A stretch of 64,000 nt of DNA from Carpediemonas membranifera BICM (lineage: Eukaryota > Protista > Fornicata). Below, piece by piece: positions 39,978 through 49,080 of the stretch. The translations under genes and the position numbers were made by a program. How positions within the stretch are numbered: position 1 is the first letter of the stretch; the number at the start of each line of letters is the position of its first letter. The DNA is taken from the NCBI GenBank assembly GCA_019828565.1, contig JAHDYR010000019.1, positions 117,984 to 181,983 of the forward strand, in the 5' to 3' direction. Under the pieces are notes generated by a model, which saw only the letters and a list, made by a program, of their open reading frames with translations, was not told the DNA's origin and did no database searches.

Positions 39978-40694
39978 CTATCCGGCGTTGCTCTTTCCGA
40001 TGACACTCTTCATCACAGTCCCGATCTGCTCGAGCAAATCCCCCCCATCGCGGAGCAAGGACGTGTACAGCTTCGACCTATCGTCCCTCGCCTTGGTCCC
40101 AATGACCCCCGCGACCATGTCGATCCTACTCTCGAGGTGGCCGAGAGCAATGTACCCTGCCAGCGCCTTCTCGAGCACGGCCGGGTCCACGCCGAATGTA
40201 GACGCCATACGATCGATAGAGACGTTCTGGTATGCGACCAGGAACTGCTTGAACGCCTTGACGCGGCATGTGTGGAGGTAGTGGGCGGCGTGTGGTGCCA
40301 GGCGCTCGTCCGTCCGCATCCAGAGCGAGAAGTACTCAAGAAGCTCCACAAAGCGCGCATAGTTGCACTCATACAACGAGGACATGAATTCGCCGACGAG
40401 GGGCTCCGACTCGGAGGTGACGGCGATGACCTCGGGGGACTGGATGAGCTTCTCCTTCAGCTCGGCGCGGTCGAGGGTATACACACCGCACAGGCATGTG
40501 TACTTGATCATTTGTTCGAAGGACATGGCGTCTGTGGCATTAAACGTCTCTAGAAGTGAGATTAGAAGGGTTGCTGCCTTCTTGAAGTTACGGCGCTTCA
40601 TGCAGTCCAATGCTTCTATCGCCTTCTGTCTGTTCTTCTTCTCGAAGTCTGTAGTTTCGTTCTCAACGTTGTCAGGAGTCTTCTCGGCCGGCAT
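39978..40694 (-). CDS. RPN7: Rpn7/PSMD6-like PCI protein, N-terminally truncated
   Basis: DFEKKNRQK...RNFKKAATL...TF...YT......LDRAELKEKLI.SPEV, LYECNY..F, FLVAYQNVSI..MA..FGV, RIDMVAGVI; only 238 aa. Confidence 0.75.
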   Translation of the reverse strand: MPAEKTPDNVENETTDFEKKNRQKAIEALDCMKRRNFKKAATLLISLLETFNATDAMSFEQMIKYTCLCGVYTLDRAELKEKLIQSPEVIAVTSESEPLVGEFMSSLYECNYARFVELLEYFSLWMRTDERLAPHAAHYLHTCRVKAFKQFLVAYQNVSIDRMASTFGVDPAVLEKALAGYIALGHLESRIDMVAGVIGTKARDDRSKLYTSLLRDGGDLLEQIGTVMKSVIGKSNAG

Positions 40695-40899
40695 TCGTGA
40701 GTTCTCTTATCGATGTCATGACCCTTGCCATTTATCGTTTATCGTTCGAGTCAGAGGCCCTGCCGGCAGTCATGTAACGCTGGGAGAGCACGAACTAAGG
40801 TCACTGGAGCCTCTCCCCTGATCTCGCTTCTCCCGCCTCTTCCATGACTCTTCTAACAACAGTCATTTTTCATTGAAGCCACCTCTATCCGCATGTTTT

Positions 40900-42540
40900 T
40901 TACTTCCTCTTGATGAGCACGCTGGTCTTCACTGTCTTGTTCACGACCTTCTTCGGTTTGTGCTTCTTCTCGCTCTTCCCGGCCTTTGTCTTGCCCTTGG
41001 GCTTGGCCAGCAGCCCCAGGCCAGACGCCTCCTCCTCCTCGTCGGCCTCGTCCGTCTTCCCCGTAGCCTTCATCAGGAGCCTCTTCACCCGGCCCGTCTT
41101 CTCCTCGTGCGCGGCCTTGACGTGTGCGTACCGGTTCCGGACCCGCTTGGTCGCCAGCGCGAGACGCGCCTCCTCCTCTTCGGAGTCTATGTCCCCGACG
41201 TCTGCCTCGAGGTCCTCCTCAGGGACGACGAGCGCCACACCGTCCGAGGTGCGGTAGCGAGCCTCCTTGAGCCGCTCGGCCCAGGCGGTGGCCCACCGGG
41301 CGCGGACCTCCTTGAACCTCTCAGGAACGTGGGTGATGCTCGTGCCGGAGGTGAAGTCCTCGAACGGCGAGAGGTGCGGCGGGGCGGCCTGGCCGTTGCT
41401 GTACTCGTCGAACGGCATCCTCATGCGGAAATTGATTGAATCAAAGACCCACTGGGGGAGGATCGACTCTGGCGTGTCTGGGCGTTCGCTGACCACCGTT
41501 GACCGCTCAGTAGGCTCTGAGACAACAGTCCCGCCGCACGCCCTGATAGCGAGAGCGACAGGCTTGGTCGGGACGCCCCTCGAGAGGAAGAACTCCATGC
41601 CGTTGAGCAGGCCGGGCAGCTGGACCGTGTCCTCATTCTCGAGCAACTGCAGCAGCTGCGGGGCGTACTGGGGGTCCTCGGGGTCCATACTTCCGAGCAG
41701 CTCGACCGTCCTAGTGCGGTCGGCCTCGGCGTCCGTGGCGTCATCGGCCGAGTCGGTTGGCGCAGCGAGGGTGATGGCGTCGAGCCAGGCGCCGTTCTTG
41801 TCCTTCTCCGCGTCCACGGCCGGGGGGTAGGCCACGCCGCGGCGGGTGTAGAGTCTGTAGAGCACGAAGCCCGCGAGGGTGGTGTAGAACTCGAGGAACG
41901 TCTCCATCACCCGGTAGTCAACCTCGTCTGTCTGCTCCTGGGAGAACTCGTGGGGCATGACCCACGTGATGGGTGTCCCGTCGAGGTCGACCTGCATGTA
42001 CACGCCGCGGATGGACACAAAGGACTTGGTCAGGATCTTGGTGGAGGCGACATACGCCTGCCACTCGCGGCTAAGGCGCTGGCAGGTCATGATCATCTTG
42101 TTCTGGACGTTGTCGCTCGAGTACATGGTGGCGAAGAGGTGCACCATGTTGAGCGCGTCCGACATGTCGCGGAGGGCGTCGTGGAATGACGGGTAGCGCT
42201 CGCGGATGAGGTGGTCGAGAGTGTAGCGAGGCATCGCATCGGCAAGCTGATCGGCGTGCTCAGTCTCCTTGCGGGCGTCAAAGCGGGCGACCTTCTTGAG
42301 ATGGGCCTTGATCGAGCGGAACTTGTCCATAAGAGGCTCGTTTGCAAGCCACTGGATATCTGTGGTGAGATAGTACGTCTTCCCGATGACTTTCTCCTTG
42401 ATGTGAGGCGGATCTCTGGGGAATATGCCCTTGAGGATGCACAGGCGGCGGAAATCCGAAAGAGAGAGCTGCAAGTACTTAAGCGCCTGGTTACGGGTCA
42501 TGTACGACGAATGCCTTTTCTCCTGCTTCTTAGCGCCCAT
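40900..42540 (-). CDS. PES1: Pescadillo/Nop7 (60S biogenesis, BRCT domain)
   Basis: YMTRNQALKYLQLSLSDFRRLCILKGIFPRDP, LDHLIRERYPSFHDALRD, VDYRVMETFLEFY, PQWVFDSIN, PPHLSPF. Confidence 0.96.
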   Translation of the reverse strand: MGAKKQEKRHSSYMTRNQALKYLQLSLSDFRRLCILKGIFPRDPPHIKEKVIGKTYYLTTDIQWLANEPLMDKFRSIKAHLKKVARFDARKETEHADQLADAMPRYTLDHLIRERYPSFHDALRDMSDALNMVHLFATMYSSDNVQNKMIMTCQRLSREWQAYVASTKILTKSFVSIRGVYMQVDLDGTPITWVMPHEFSQEQTDEVDYRVMETFLEFYTTLAGFVLYRLYTRRGVAYPPAVDAEKDKNGAWLDAITLAAPTDSADDATDAEADRTRTVELLGSMDPEDPQYAPQLLQLLENEDTVQLPGLLNGMEFFLSRGVPTKPVALAIRACGGTVVSEPTERSTVVSERPDTPESILPQWVFDSINFRMRMPFDEYSNGQAAPPHLSPFEDFTSGTSITHVPERFKEVRARWATAWAERLKEARYRTSDGVALVVPEEDLEADVGDIDSEEEEARLALATKRVRNRYAHVKAAHEEKTGRVKRLLMKATGKTDEADEEEEASGLGLLAKPKGKTKAGKSEKKHKPKKVVNKTVKTSVLIKRK

Positions 42541-42662
42541 TGCAGCCTGTTTCTGGAGACTTCGAACTCGTCTTGAAAACGCTGTTATGTGAGGTCACAT
42601 AAATGAGGAACAACCAGCCGAGCCTCTCCGCCCATGCCTTCCACCGCCGCCAGCAATCCTAT

Positions 42663-43853
42663 TTACTTCCACAGCATCTCCTGCGAGATGTCCTTGTTCT
42701 TGCTCTTATTCATCACCTTGACGGCCGCCTGAACGAAATCGTCCTGTGTCACGTACACTCTCCTCTCCCTCAGCGCAAACATGCCCGCCTCGGTGCACAC
42801 CGCCTTCATATCAGCGCCTGACGCACCGCCCATGGTCTCGGCCACGGCCTTGAGGTCGACCCCGCGGCGGACGTTCATCTTTCTCGAGTGGATCCTGAGG
42901 ATGTCGAGCCTGGCCTCGTCAGACGGGTTGGGGAACTCGATCTTACGATCAATACGGCCAGGGCGAAGCAGAGCTTCATCGAGGATGTCGATTCGGTTGG
43001 TTGCCATCAGAACCTTGATGTCCTGCTTCGACTCGAACCCGTCGAGCTGATTGAGTAATTCAAGCATCGTACGCTGCACCTCCGAGTCACCGCCCTTCGA
43101 GCCCTCGACACGTCTGCTGCCGAGGGAGTCGATCTCGTCCATGAAGATGATCGAGGGTGCATGGGCGCGGGCCATTACAAACAGCTCGCGGACCATGCGG
43201 GAGCCCTCGCCGATGTACTTCTGCACCAGCTCGGAGCCGGAGACACGGATGAACGTGCAGTCGGTGCTGTGGGCGACGGCTCGGGCGAGCAGCGTCTTAC
43301 CCGTGCCGGGCGGGCCGTACAAGAGCGCGCCCTTGGGCTGTGCGATGCCCAGGGCCTCGAAGAGCTCGGGCTGCTTGATGGGGAGTTCTACCACCTCGCG
43401 GATCTCCTTGATCTGCTTGTCGAGGCCACCGATGAGATCGTACGTCGAGTCTGGGACCTTCTCGACCTTCATCAGCGAGACAAGGGGGTCCACCTTCGTC
43501 GGGAGAACCATGTGGAGTGTGTATGAGTCGGAGCGGAGTGCTACACGGCTGTGGACGGTGAGGTCGGATGTATTGATCTTCTTGTCGATGTCGACAATGT
43601 ACTTCTCATCCTGGCCAGTCTTCACCAGAGCCTTGCGTCCATCCATGATCTTGATAACCTCACCTACAGAGGAGCTTGGCTCTTGGAGGAGGCCGATCTC
43701 TTCTGTCAGGAGCTGTACTTGTGTATTCAGCTCGTTTCTCTGTGCTTGCAGCCTGGAAAGGTTTGTTTCCTTGACCTTCTTAAGTTTTTGAAGCTCTTGG
43801 ATTCTTCCATCGAGATATGTATCAGCGGTAAAGCCACCAACTTCTTCTACCAT
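42663..43853 (-). CDS. RPT6: 26S proteasome AAA-ATPase Rpt6
   Basis: [73 protein letters not shown]-terminal LWK. Confidence 0.97.
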   Translation of the reverse strand: MVEEVGGFTADTYLDGRIQELQKLKKVKETNLSRLQAQRNELNTQVQLLTEEIGLLQEPSSSVGEVIKIMDGRKALVKTGQDEKYIVDIDKKINTSDLTVHSRVALRSDSYTLHMVLPTKVDPLVSLMKVEKVPDSTYDLIGGLDKQIKEIREVVELPIKQPELFEALGIAQPKGALLYGPPGTGKTLLARAVAHSTDCTFIRVSGSELVQKYIGEGSRMVRELFVMARAHAPSIIFMDEIDSLGSRRVEGSKGGDSEVQRTMLELLNQLDGFESKQDIKVLMATNRIDILDEALLRPGRIDRKIEFPNPSDEARLDILRIHSRKMNVRRGVDLKAVAETMGGASGADMKAVCTEAGMFALRERRVYVTQDDFVQAAVKVMNKSKNKDISQEMLWK

Positions 43854-44020
43854 GAGTTTTGCCGTCGTTTGAGGATGACACGGTGCAGTTTAAGGAACGA
43901 ACATCAATCGTGTGAAAACGGGCATGGGGTCTGGTATCTGCAATATGGTGACGGGGATGGCATTTCAGCCACGTTTTTCTTGATAAAAATGCGCTTTATT
44001 TCATTTCCGGAATTGAGTGC

Positions 44021-44551
44021 TCATGCGACGCCGAGGAACGTGCAGCAAAGCTGGATGCCATGCTTCACGATCTCAACACGGTCAATCTGAACACGGATCT
44101 GCGTCCCAACCTCGACGAAGATGTCCTCGTCGCGGGGGTCGACGAACTTCATCGCACCTTCAGCGTCCTTGACGACTTTGAGCTGCTCGGCGATGTTGTT
44201 GCATGTGCCGTGGAACGTATCCTGGACCAGGAACGCCACGTGGAGAGAGGAGACGAGTGTTACCTCGCCGACGAGCTCGTCACCCTCGGCGGGAGCGAAG
44301 ACGAGGAAGCGGCATGAAACGTCAACGGAGATGGTCCCGAGGCAGTCGGAAATGGCGTGCTTTGCGGTAACGAAGCGGACATCGTCGAAAGCGACCGGAA
44401 TCCCGGAGAGCTCCTTGGAGTATTTGAAGATCATGCGCGTGAGGGAATCCACAACACCTTCCATCAAATCGTCTGCATACCGAGGATGAATGGACAGTGT
44501 GAAAGCGGCATCAACCATCTGATAAAGCGAATCTGGAAGCGGGCCCTCCAT
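44021..44551 (-). CDS. RPA43: RNA polymerase I subunit A43 (Rpb7 family)
   Basis: LSIHPRY...EGV...L...IFKYSKELSGIPVAFD, FLVFAP..GDEL.GEV..VS..HVAFLV..TF; likely start Met 44551. Confidence 0.8.
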   Translation of the reverse strand: MEGPLPDSLYQMVDAAFTLSIHPRYADDLMEGVVDSLTRMIFKYSKELSGIPVAFDDVRFVTAKHAISDCLGTISVDVSCRFLVFAPAEGDELVGEVTLVSSLHVAFLVQDTFHGTCNNIAEQLKVVKDAEGAMKFVDPRDEDIFVEVGTQIRVQIDRVEIVKHGIQLCCTFLGVA

Positions 44552-44749
44552 AACTACGTTCCTCACTCTCCAAAGCGATTTATCGTTTACGACTGTGCCA
44601 AACCATAAATGGCCAGTCGTTGCAGAATGTTCATCTATCATGCGTCTAATCGTAGTTCTCGTCACTAGCACGACCATTGCCTCCTTCACATAAGAACCTC
44701 GTTTACACGCGAGCGCTTGCCCGCTTACTATAGTGCCAACAGAGACGAC

Positions 44750-45906
44750 TCATGACTCGTCGTCGATAGATATTGCCCGCCCGCCCCTTGCCATCGGCAT
44801 CGGGTCGAAGTATGCCCATGCCCGGGGTGTCTCCCCGTCCAGGTCAACGTCAACAGTTGCTATTTGACTCCGGGATCTCAGTCCTGGTCCGGCAGACCTC
44901 TCCATGCGGTCTAGCCTGTCTTCCGCGGCGGGCTGCGGTGCGGAGTAGTCTTTGATGGTCTTGAGCCGCCGATCGAGCGCTTCCAGCTCCTCCCTGAGAC
45001 GGCGGGACTCAGGGTCATCCGCGTCGACTCCCCTGCCGGTGTACTGCCGGACAATCCGCCGCATCTTCGGACTCGGCGCCCTGCGGCTGAAGTGTGTCCC
45101 GCGGTCGTCATAAGAGTATTGCAGCACGCGGGGCAGCGGCGACACAGCTCGCCCCGGTCCCCGTCTCATAGTGGGCGACCTGTTCCTCCTGGGATCCCGG
45201 TGGACTGGCACCTGTCGGACCCTCAGCAGGCCCGGGTCCTTGCGTGGGTCGGGAGCCTTGCCGGGCGGGTACCGGATGGGCGACACCGGACGCGGGATCT
45301 GGGACACAGCGGCGTCCTTGGGTAGTCTGGAGTACCGCCTGAGCACGTCCACGTCGGACACCACGAGCTTGTTCGAGTCAACTGACTCCGTGTCCGAGGG
45401 GACCGGCTCGGAACCGAGCATGGATAGGTTCAGGTCGGGGGCGTCGAGAGTGTTCTTCCGCTCGGCCGCGCCGCGGGCTGGTCGGGCGGGGGGGAGGTCA
45501 AACATCGTCGACAGCTCGGCGTCTGACTCAGCGTCTGAGTCGGGGAAGTACGGGGTCTCCACACGCGGTGTGAGGGTCATTGTTGACCACACAGTGGACT
45601 CTGAGGACACGGCGGCGAGCCTATAGGGCGGCTGGTTCGAAGATTTGGCAGGGAAGAGTGGGTTTGGCCTCGCGTTGGCTGATTGTGCGGTATTGGCGTC
45701 ATAGTGATCATCTTGCATGCTATTTCTTCGATTGCTCCTGTCAGAAGGTGCAGTATTCCGCCGAACAGTATCGAAATCTTCGAGGCCATCTAGCACGTCA
45801 TCATTATTGTATGAACGCGTTCGTTTCTTCTGTGTAAAGACGTTCATATAGCGCATATAGCAGTACATACTGCCGTGCATCCAGCAAAGATGCTCAAAAG
45901 TCCCAT
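44750..45906 (-). CDS. Hypothetical disordered P/R/S-rich protein with a possible lipidated N-terminus; exons 45906-45871 and 45829-44750
   Basis: A consensus 41-nt intron gives MGLLSIFAGCTA|KKRTRS. A further in-frame ATG lies at 45957. Confidence 0.65.
45830..45870 (-). other. Predicted spliceosomal intron, 41 nt
   Basis: GTATGT...TTTACACAG, a full match to the consensus from the other nine introns. Confidence 0.7.
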
Positions 45907-45986
45907 TTGACCGGGAAGACGAGTAGCTTGGGTTATACTGCGAAGTGTCGAAACCATGGTCTGGGCGAAATATAGTCGTTTATACG

Positions 45987-46764
45987 TTAGATAGTGTCGA
46001 AGCCACCGACGTTCGTGTCGAACGGCTCCTCGTCGGCGTCGAGGCTCTTGTATCCGACGCCCTGGCGACCCTTCATGAAGTACAGGCCGCCAAACACACC
46101 GCCGCCAATGAGCGCGACACCCACGACAACAAGGATGAGCACAGCTGAGAATAGGAGAGAGATGCCGATGATGGCGGCGACGAAAGCCACAGCGTTCTTC
46201 AAGAACGACATGACGGCCGAGGTCGAGCTCGTCTCTGCGCAGCAGGCCGCGTGGTAGACCGAGAAGAAGTTCACCTCAGTGGTGGTACCCTCGTCGAACC
46301 CTTCAAACTCGATGCGGGGGTCGCCCTTGCGAGTCTTGTCGCAGAACATAGTGATGTGCGTCTGCGCGATCTTCGTGGCGCCAATGGCACGTCCGTTCAG
46401 GTAAATTAGCGTAAACTGCGCTTCTGCATTCTCCGTAGGGCCGGGGGCGAGCTGGCTGTCGGAATACAGGCCAAGCGGGTAGTAGTTCTGCATTCCAGCA
46501 ATCTCTTGCTTGCATGCACCCTGGCCAGAGCACTGGGGGGCACCTACGGTCACTGGGCCTGTATAACACGCATATTCAATGTTACATACCGCAGAAGTTG
46601 ATGAAATAGTCATAGACGAGAGCGGTGTCGGGGATGTACCAGCCGGTGTCGCTGTGGAGCTTGTCGAGGTTCCACTTCTTGCCACCGAGCTCATATGTGC
46701 AGCTGCTAAGCACTGCGGGCACGAACGACAGCACAAGAACCGCAGCGATCAAGGAAATGCGCAT
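45987..46764 (-). CDS. MRH-domain type I membrane protein (Atg27/CD-M6PR-like); exons 46764-46590 and 46558-45987
   Basis: Signal peptide, C..WNL..L, YFINFC|GPV, C....ACKQ, LIYLNG, THITMFCD, HAACC, TM segment, cytosolic YKSL sorting motif. Confidence 0.8.
46559..46589 (-). other. Spliceosomal intron, 31 nt
   Basis: GTATGT...GTTATACAG; restores INFCG. Confidence 0.85.
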
Positions 46765-46904
46765 TCTTTGCGAAAATGACTTGACTTGCTCGACTCTCGG
46801 CCGGCAGTAGATGCTCGGAATCGCAGTCTCACAACCTACCCCACTCAAAATGGTGTTAAGGATACATGTTTATATCACACCCAGCGCTTACCGTCAGGCT
46901 GGAC

Positions 46905-48830
46905 TCAGTTGGTTTCCATACCAGCCGCAATGTTGCTCTTGATTGCGAACTTCACAAAGTCCTCAAGCTTCTCCTTCTCCATTGCCTCAGAACGCCGGGC
47001 AATCTCCTCTGGACTGATCTTGACTGGGGGCTGCCCGGGCTTGGGCTTGGGCGGTACGAACACCGCCTTCTGTCTGAGGTTGGGCGAGAGCTTCAGCACG
47101 TGGGTCACGCCCTTCTCGTCGCCAGCCAGGATGACGGGCGTAGTGTCGCTGAACGCGATGGTGGTGACCCGGTGGGGGCAGACCGTGTGCTGGCACACAG
47201 GCCGGTATCTGTTGATCGCGAGGTCATAAACTGCGATTTTCCCATCAGCCCTGGCGATGGCGAAGACAGTGGACGTGGCAGGCGACCAAGCGACCGAGTG
47301 GACCGGCACATCGAGCTCGAACCTGGCGATGGGGGCGTCTCTCTTGGAGTCCCAGAGCACTACGGCCCAGTCCTCCGCCGCGGAGAGGAAGAGGTCAGGC
47401 ATCCACCGGTTCCAGCTCAGACCGGACACGGGCAGGGTGTGGCCCTTGAACTCCCGCAGATAGTGGGTCGTGTACGCCTTTGAGCAGAGCAGGATTGTGC
47501 CCGACGACGTGCCGACCAGATAATGGTGGTCAGACCCGGGGTTGAAGGCAAGCACCATGCCGCCGTCGTGCAGGGACAGCTGCGAGGCCCGCTTGATGTC
47601 TGTCTTTGCCACCGTCCAGCAGGCCGCGGTGCCGTCAGTCGAGGTCGAGTAAATGTCCATCCCCCGCCCCACAGAGTCGGCCCAGAACGTCACCGCCCAG
47701 GCCGCCTCAAGGTGCTTGCCGTTGCGGGCTGTCGACCTGGCCAGCGGTTGGGTCGGCGTGTCGGTGGGGAGCGCGGGGGCCCGGGCAATGTCGTAAACTG
47801 CGATTTCTCCGGAGTAAAGACCCGCGGCGAGTTGGGATGGTGCGATGGGGTTCCATGCAACACTGCAGATGTTTGCGGGCGTGACGATGACGGCCTCCGG
47901 GTAGTGGGGGCGGGTCAGGGAGAACACGGCGATGAACGACTGGGGGTGGGCGCCCTCGAGCAGGAAGGCGCGGGTGCCGTATGCCACGGCAAACAGGTCG
48001 GGGTGCTCGGGGTGCCAAGCGACGTCCGTCACGGCCTTGGATGAGGCGCGATCGTACTTGAACTTCCAGAGAGGGAGCATGGAGCCGCGGCTGCGGTCCT
48101 TGGCGTCTGCAGGGTTCTCGAAGAACTTATAGTCGGCGATGACCGAGCTCAGCGTGTTCTGGGAGATCATCCGCTCCATGAGGTGAAGGGGGCCCAGGGC
48201 CTCGGTGCCCAGCTCCGCCTTGGTGCCGTGGGGCTCGGTGGACGGGAGGACGGTAACGTCCGTGCTGGCTGTGTCGGCAGAGGCAGCGGGAGCGGCCTCC
48301 TTCCGGCGGGCGTCGGCCATGTACGCGTCATAAATGACGGACTGGTCGACTGTTCCGCGGACCTCGATGATGCGGGGGGCCTCTGTCGTAACGTTCTTAT
48401 CCTTGTACGGATAGGTGAAACACTGCGTTGCCCGCTCACTGAAGTTGAACCGGTTGCGGAGGACGGTGTCGCCCTCGGGGGCCTCCGACACATCGTCCGC
48501 GGCATCGTCCTGCTTGGTCTCCTTGTCGCCGGCCTTCATGGCGAGATACTCCTCCTCCTGCTCGGCCTCGGCGCCACTCTGCCCAATGAGGATCGTGTCC
48601 TGGGAGAAGTGGTGGATGTTCTTGTCCGTGTTCGTCGAGGCAACGAAGTGTTGTTCATTGAAGTTGAACAGGATGGTGTTGTCGGGCGCCTGGGGGTTAT
48701 CGCTGCGAAGCATGCGAGTGATTTCCTCCTCGAGCTCCTTCGGTCCCAGTTGCAACTGATCCGCCGGCTTGATTACTTCTGCGGGCTTTTCAACGACCTT
48801 CTGGGCCTTCTTTCTTGCTTTAGGTGCCAT
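46905..48830 (-). CDS. DNAI1: Axonemal outer-arm dynein intermediate chain (IC78/DNAI1-like, WD40)
   Basis: LEEEITRML..DNPQAPDN, LRNRFNFSERATQ, MERMISQN, LPLWKF, DLFAVAYG, CSKAY, LKLSPNLR. Confidence 0.88.
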   Translation of the reverse strand: MAPKARKKAQKVVEKPAEVIKPADQLQLGPKELEEEITRMLRSDNPQAPDNTILFNFNEQHFVASTNTDKNIHHFSQDTILIGQSGAEAEQEEEYLAMKAGDKETKQDDAADDVSEAPEGDTVLRNRFNFSERATQCFTYPYKDKNVTTEAPRIIEVRGTVDQSVIYDAYMADARRKEAAPAASADTASTDVTVLPSTEPHGTKAELGTEALGPLHLMERMISQNTLSSVIADYKFFENPADAKDRSRGSMLPLWKFKYDRASSKAVTDVAWHPEHPDLFAVAYGTRAFLLEGAHPQSFIAVFSLTRPHYPEAVIVTPANICSVAWNPIAPSQLAAGLYSGEIAVYDIARAPALPTDTPTQPLARSTARNGKHLEAAWAVTFWADSVGRGMDIYSTSTDGTAACWTVAKTDIKRASQLSLHDGGMVLAFNPGSDHHYLVGTSSGTILLCSKAYTTHYLREFKGHTLPVSGLSWNRWMPDLFLSAAEDWAVVLWDSKRDAPIARFELDVPVHSVAWSPATSTVFAIARADGKIAVYDLAINRYRPVCQHTVCPHRVTTIAFSDTTPVILAGDEKGVTHVLKLSPNLRQKAVFVPPKPKPGQPPVKISPEEIARRSEAMEKEKLEDFVKFAIKSNIAAGMETN

Positions 48831-49080
48831 TAGCGTCCTCCGTCGCTATCGTCGTATTTTGAGTCCAGAAGTCAGCTACAAAGAGCATGGTCGTGCAGGG
48901 CGGGAGGGGGTCAGGCATGTGTTGTCCTTGAGCTGATGCTACCCAGGGCAATGTAGTCATTTGAATTCATCCATGCAGCCTCGTTAGACTTCTAGAATGA
49001 ACATTATCGTCCAAAAAGCCAATGCCATTTCAGCGCTAGACACCCTTTACACTCTAGTATCAACGCTACCATTGTCGGCA

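Noticed and set aside
12301-42597. GAGGTCA motif upstream of several minus-strand genes (12301, 15777, 22229, 42591)
   Set aside because: Distances to the ATG vary widely and the count is only slightly above chance for a 7-mer.
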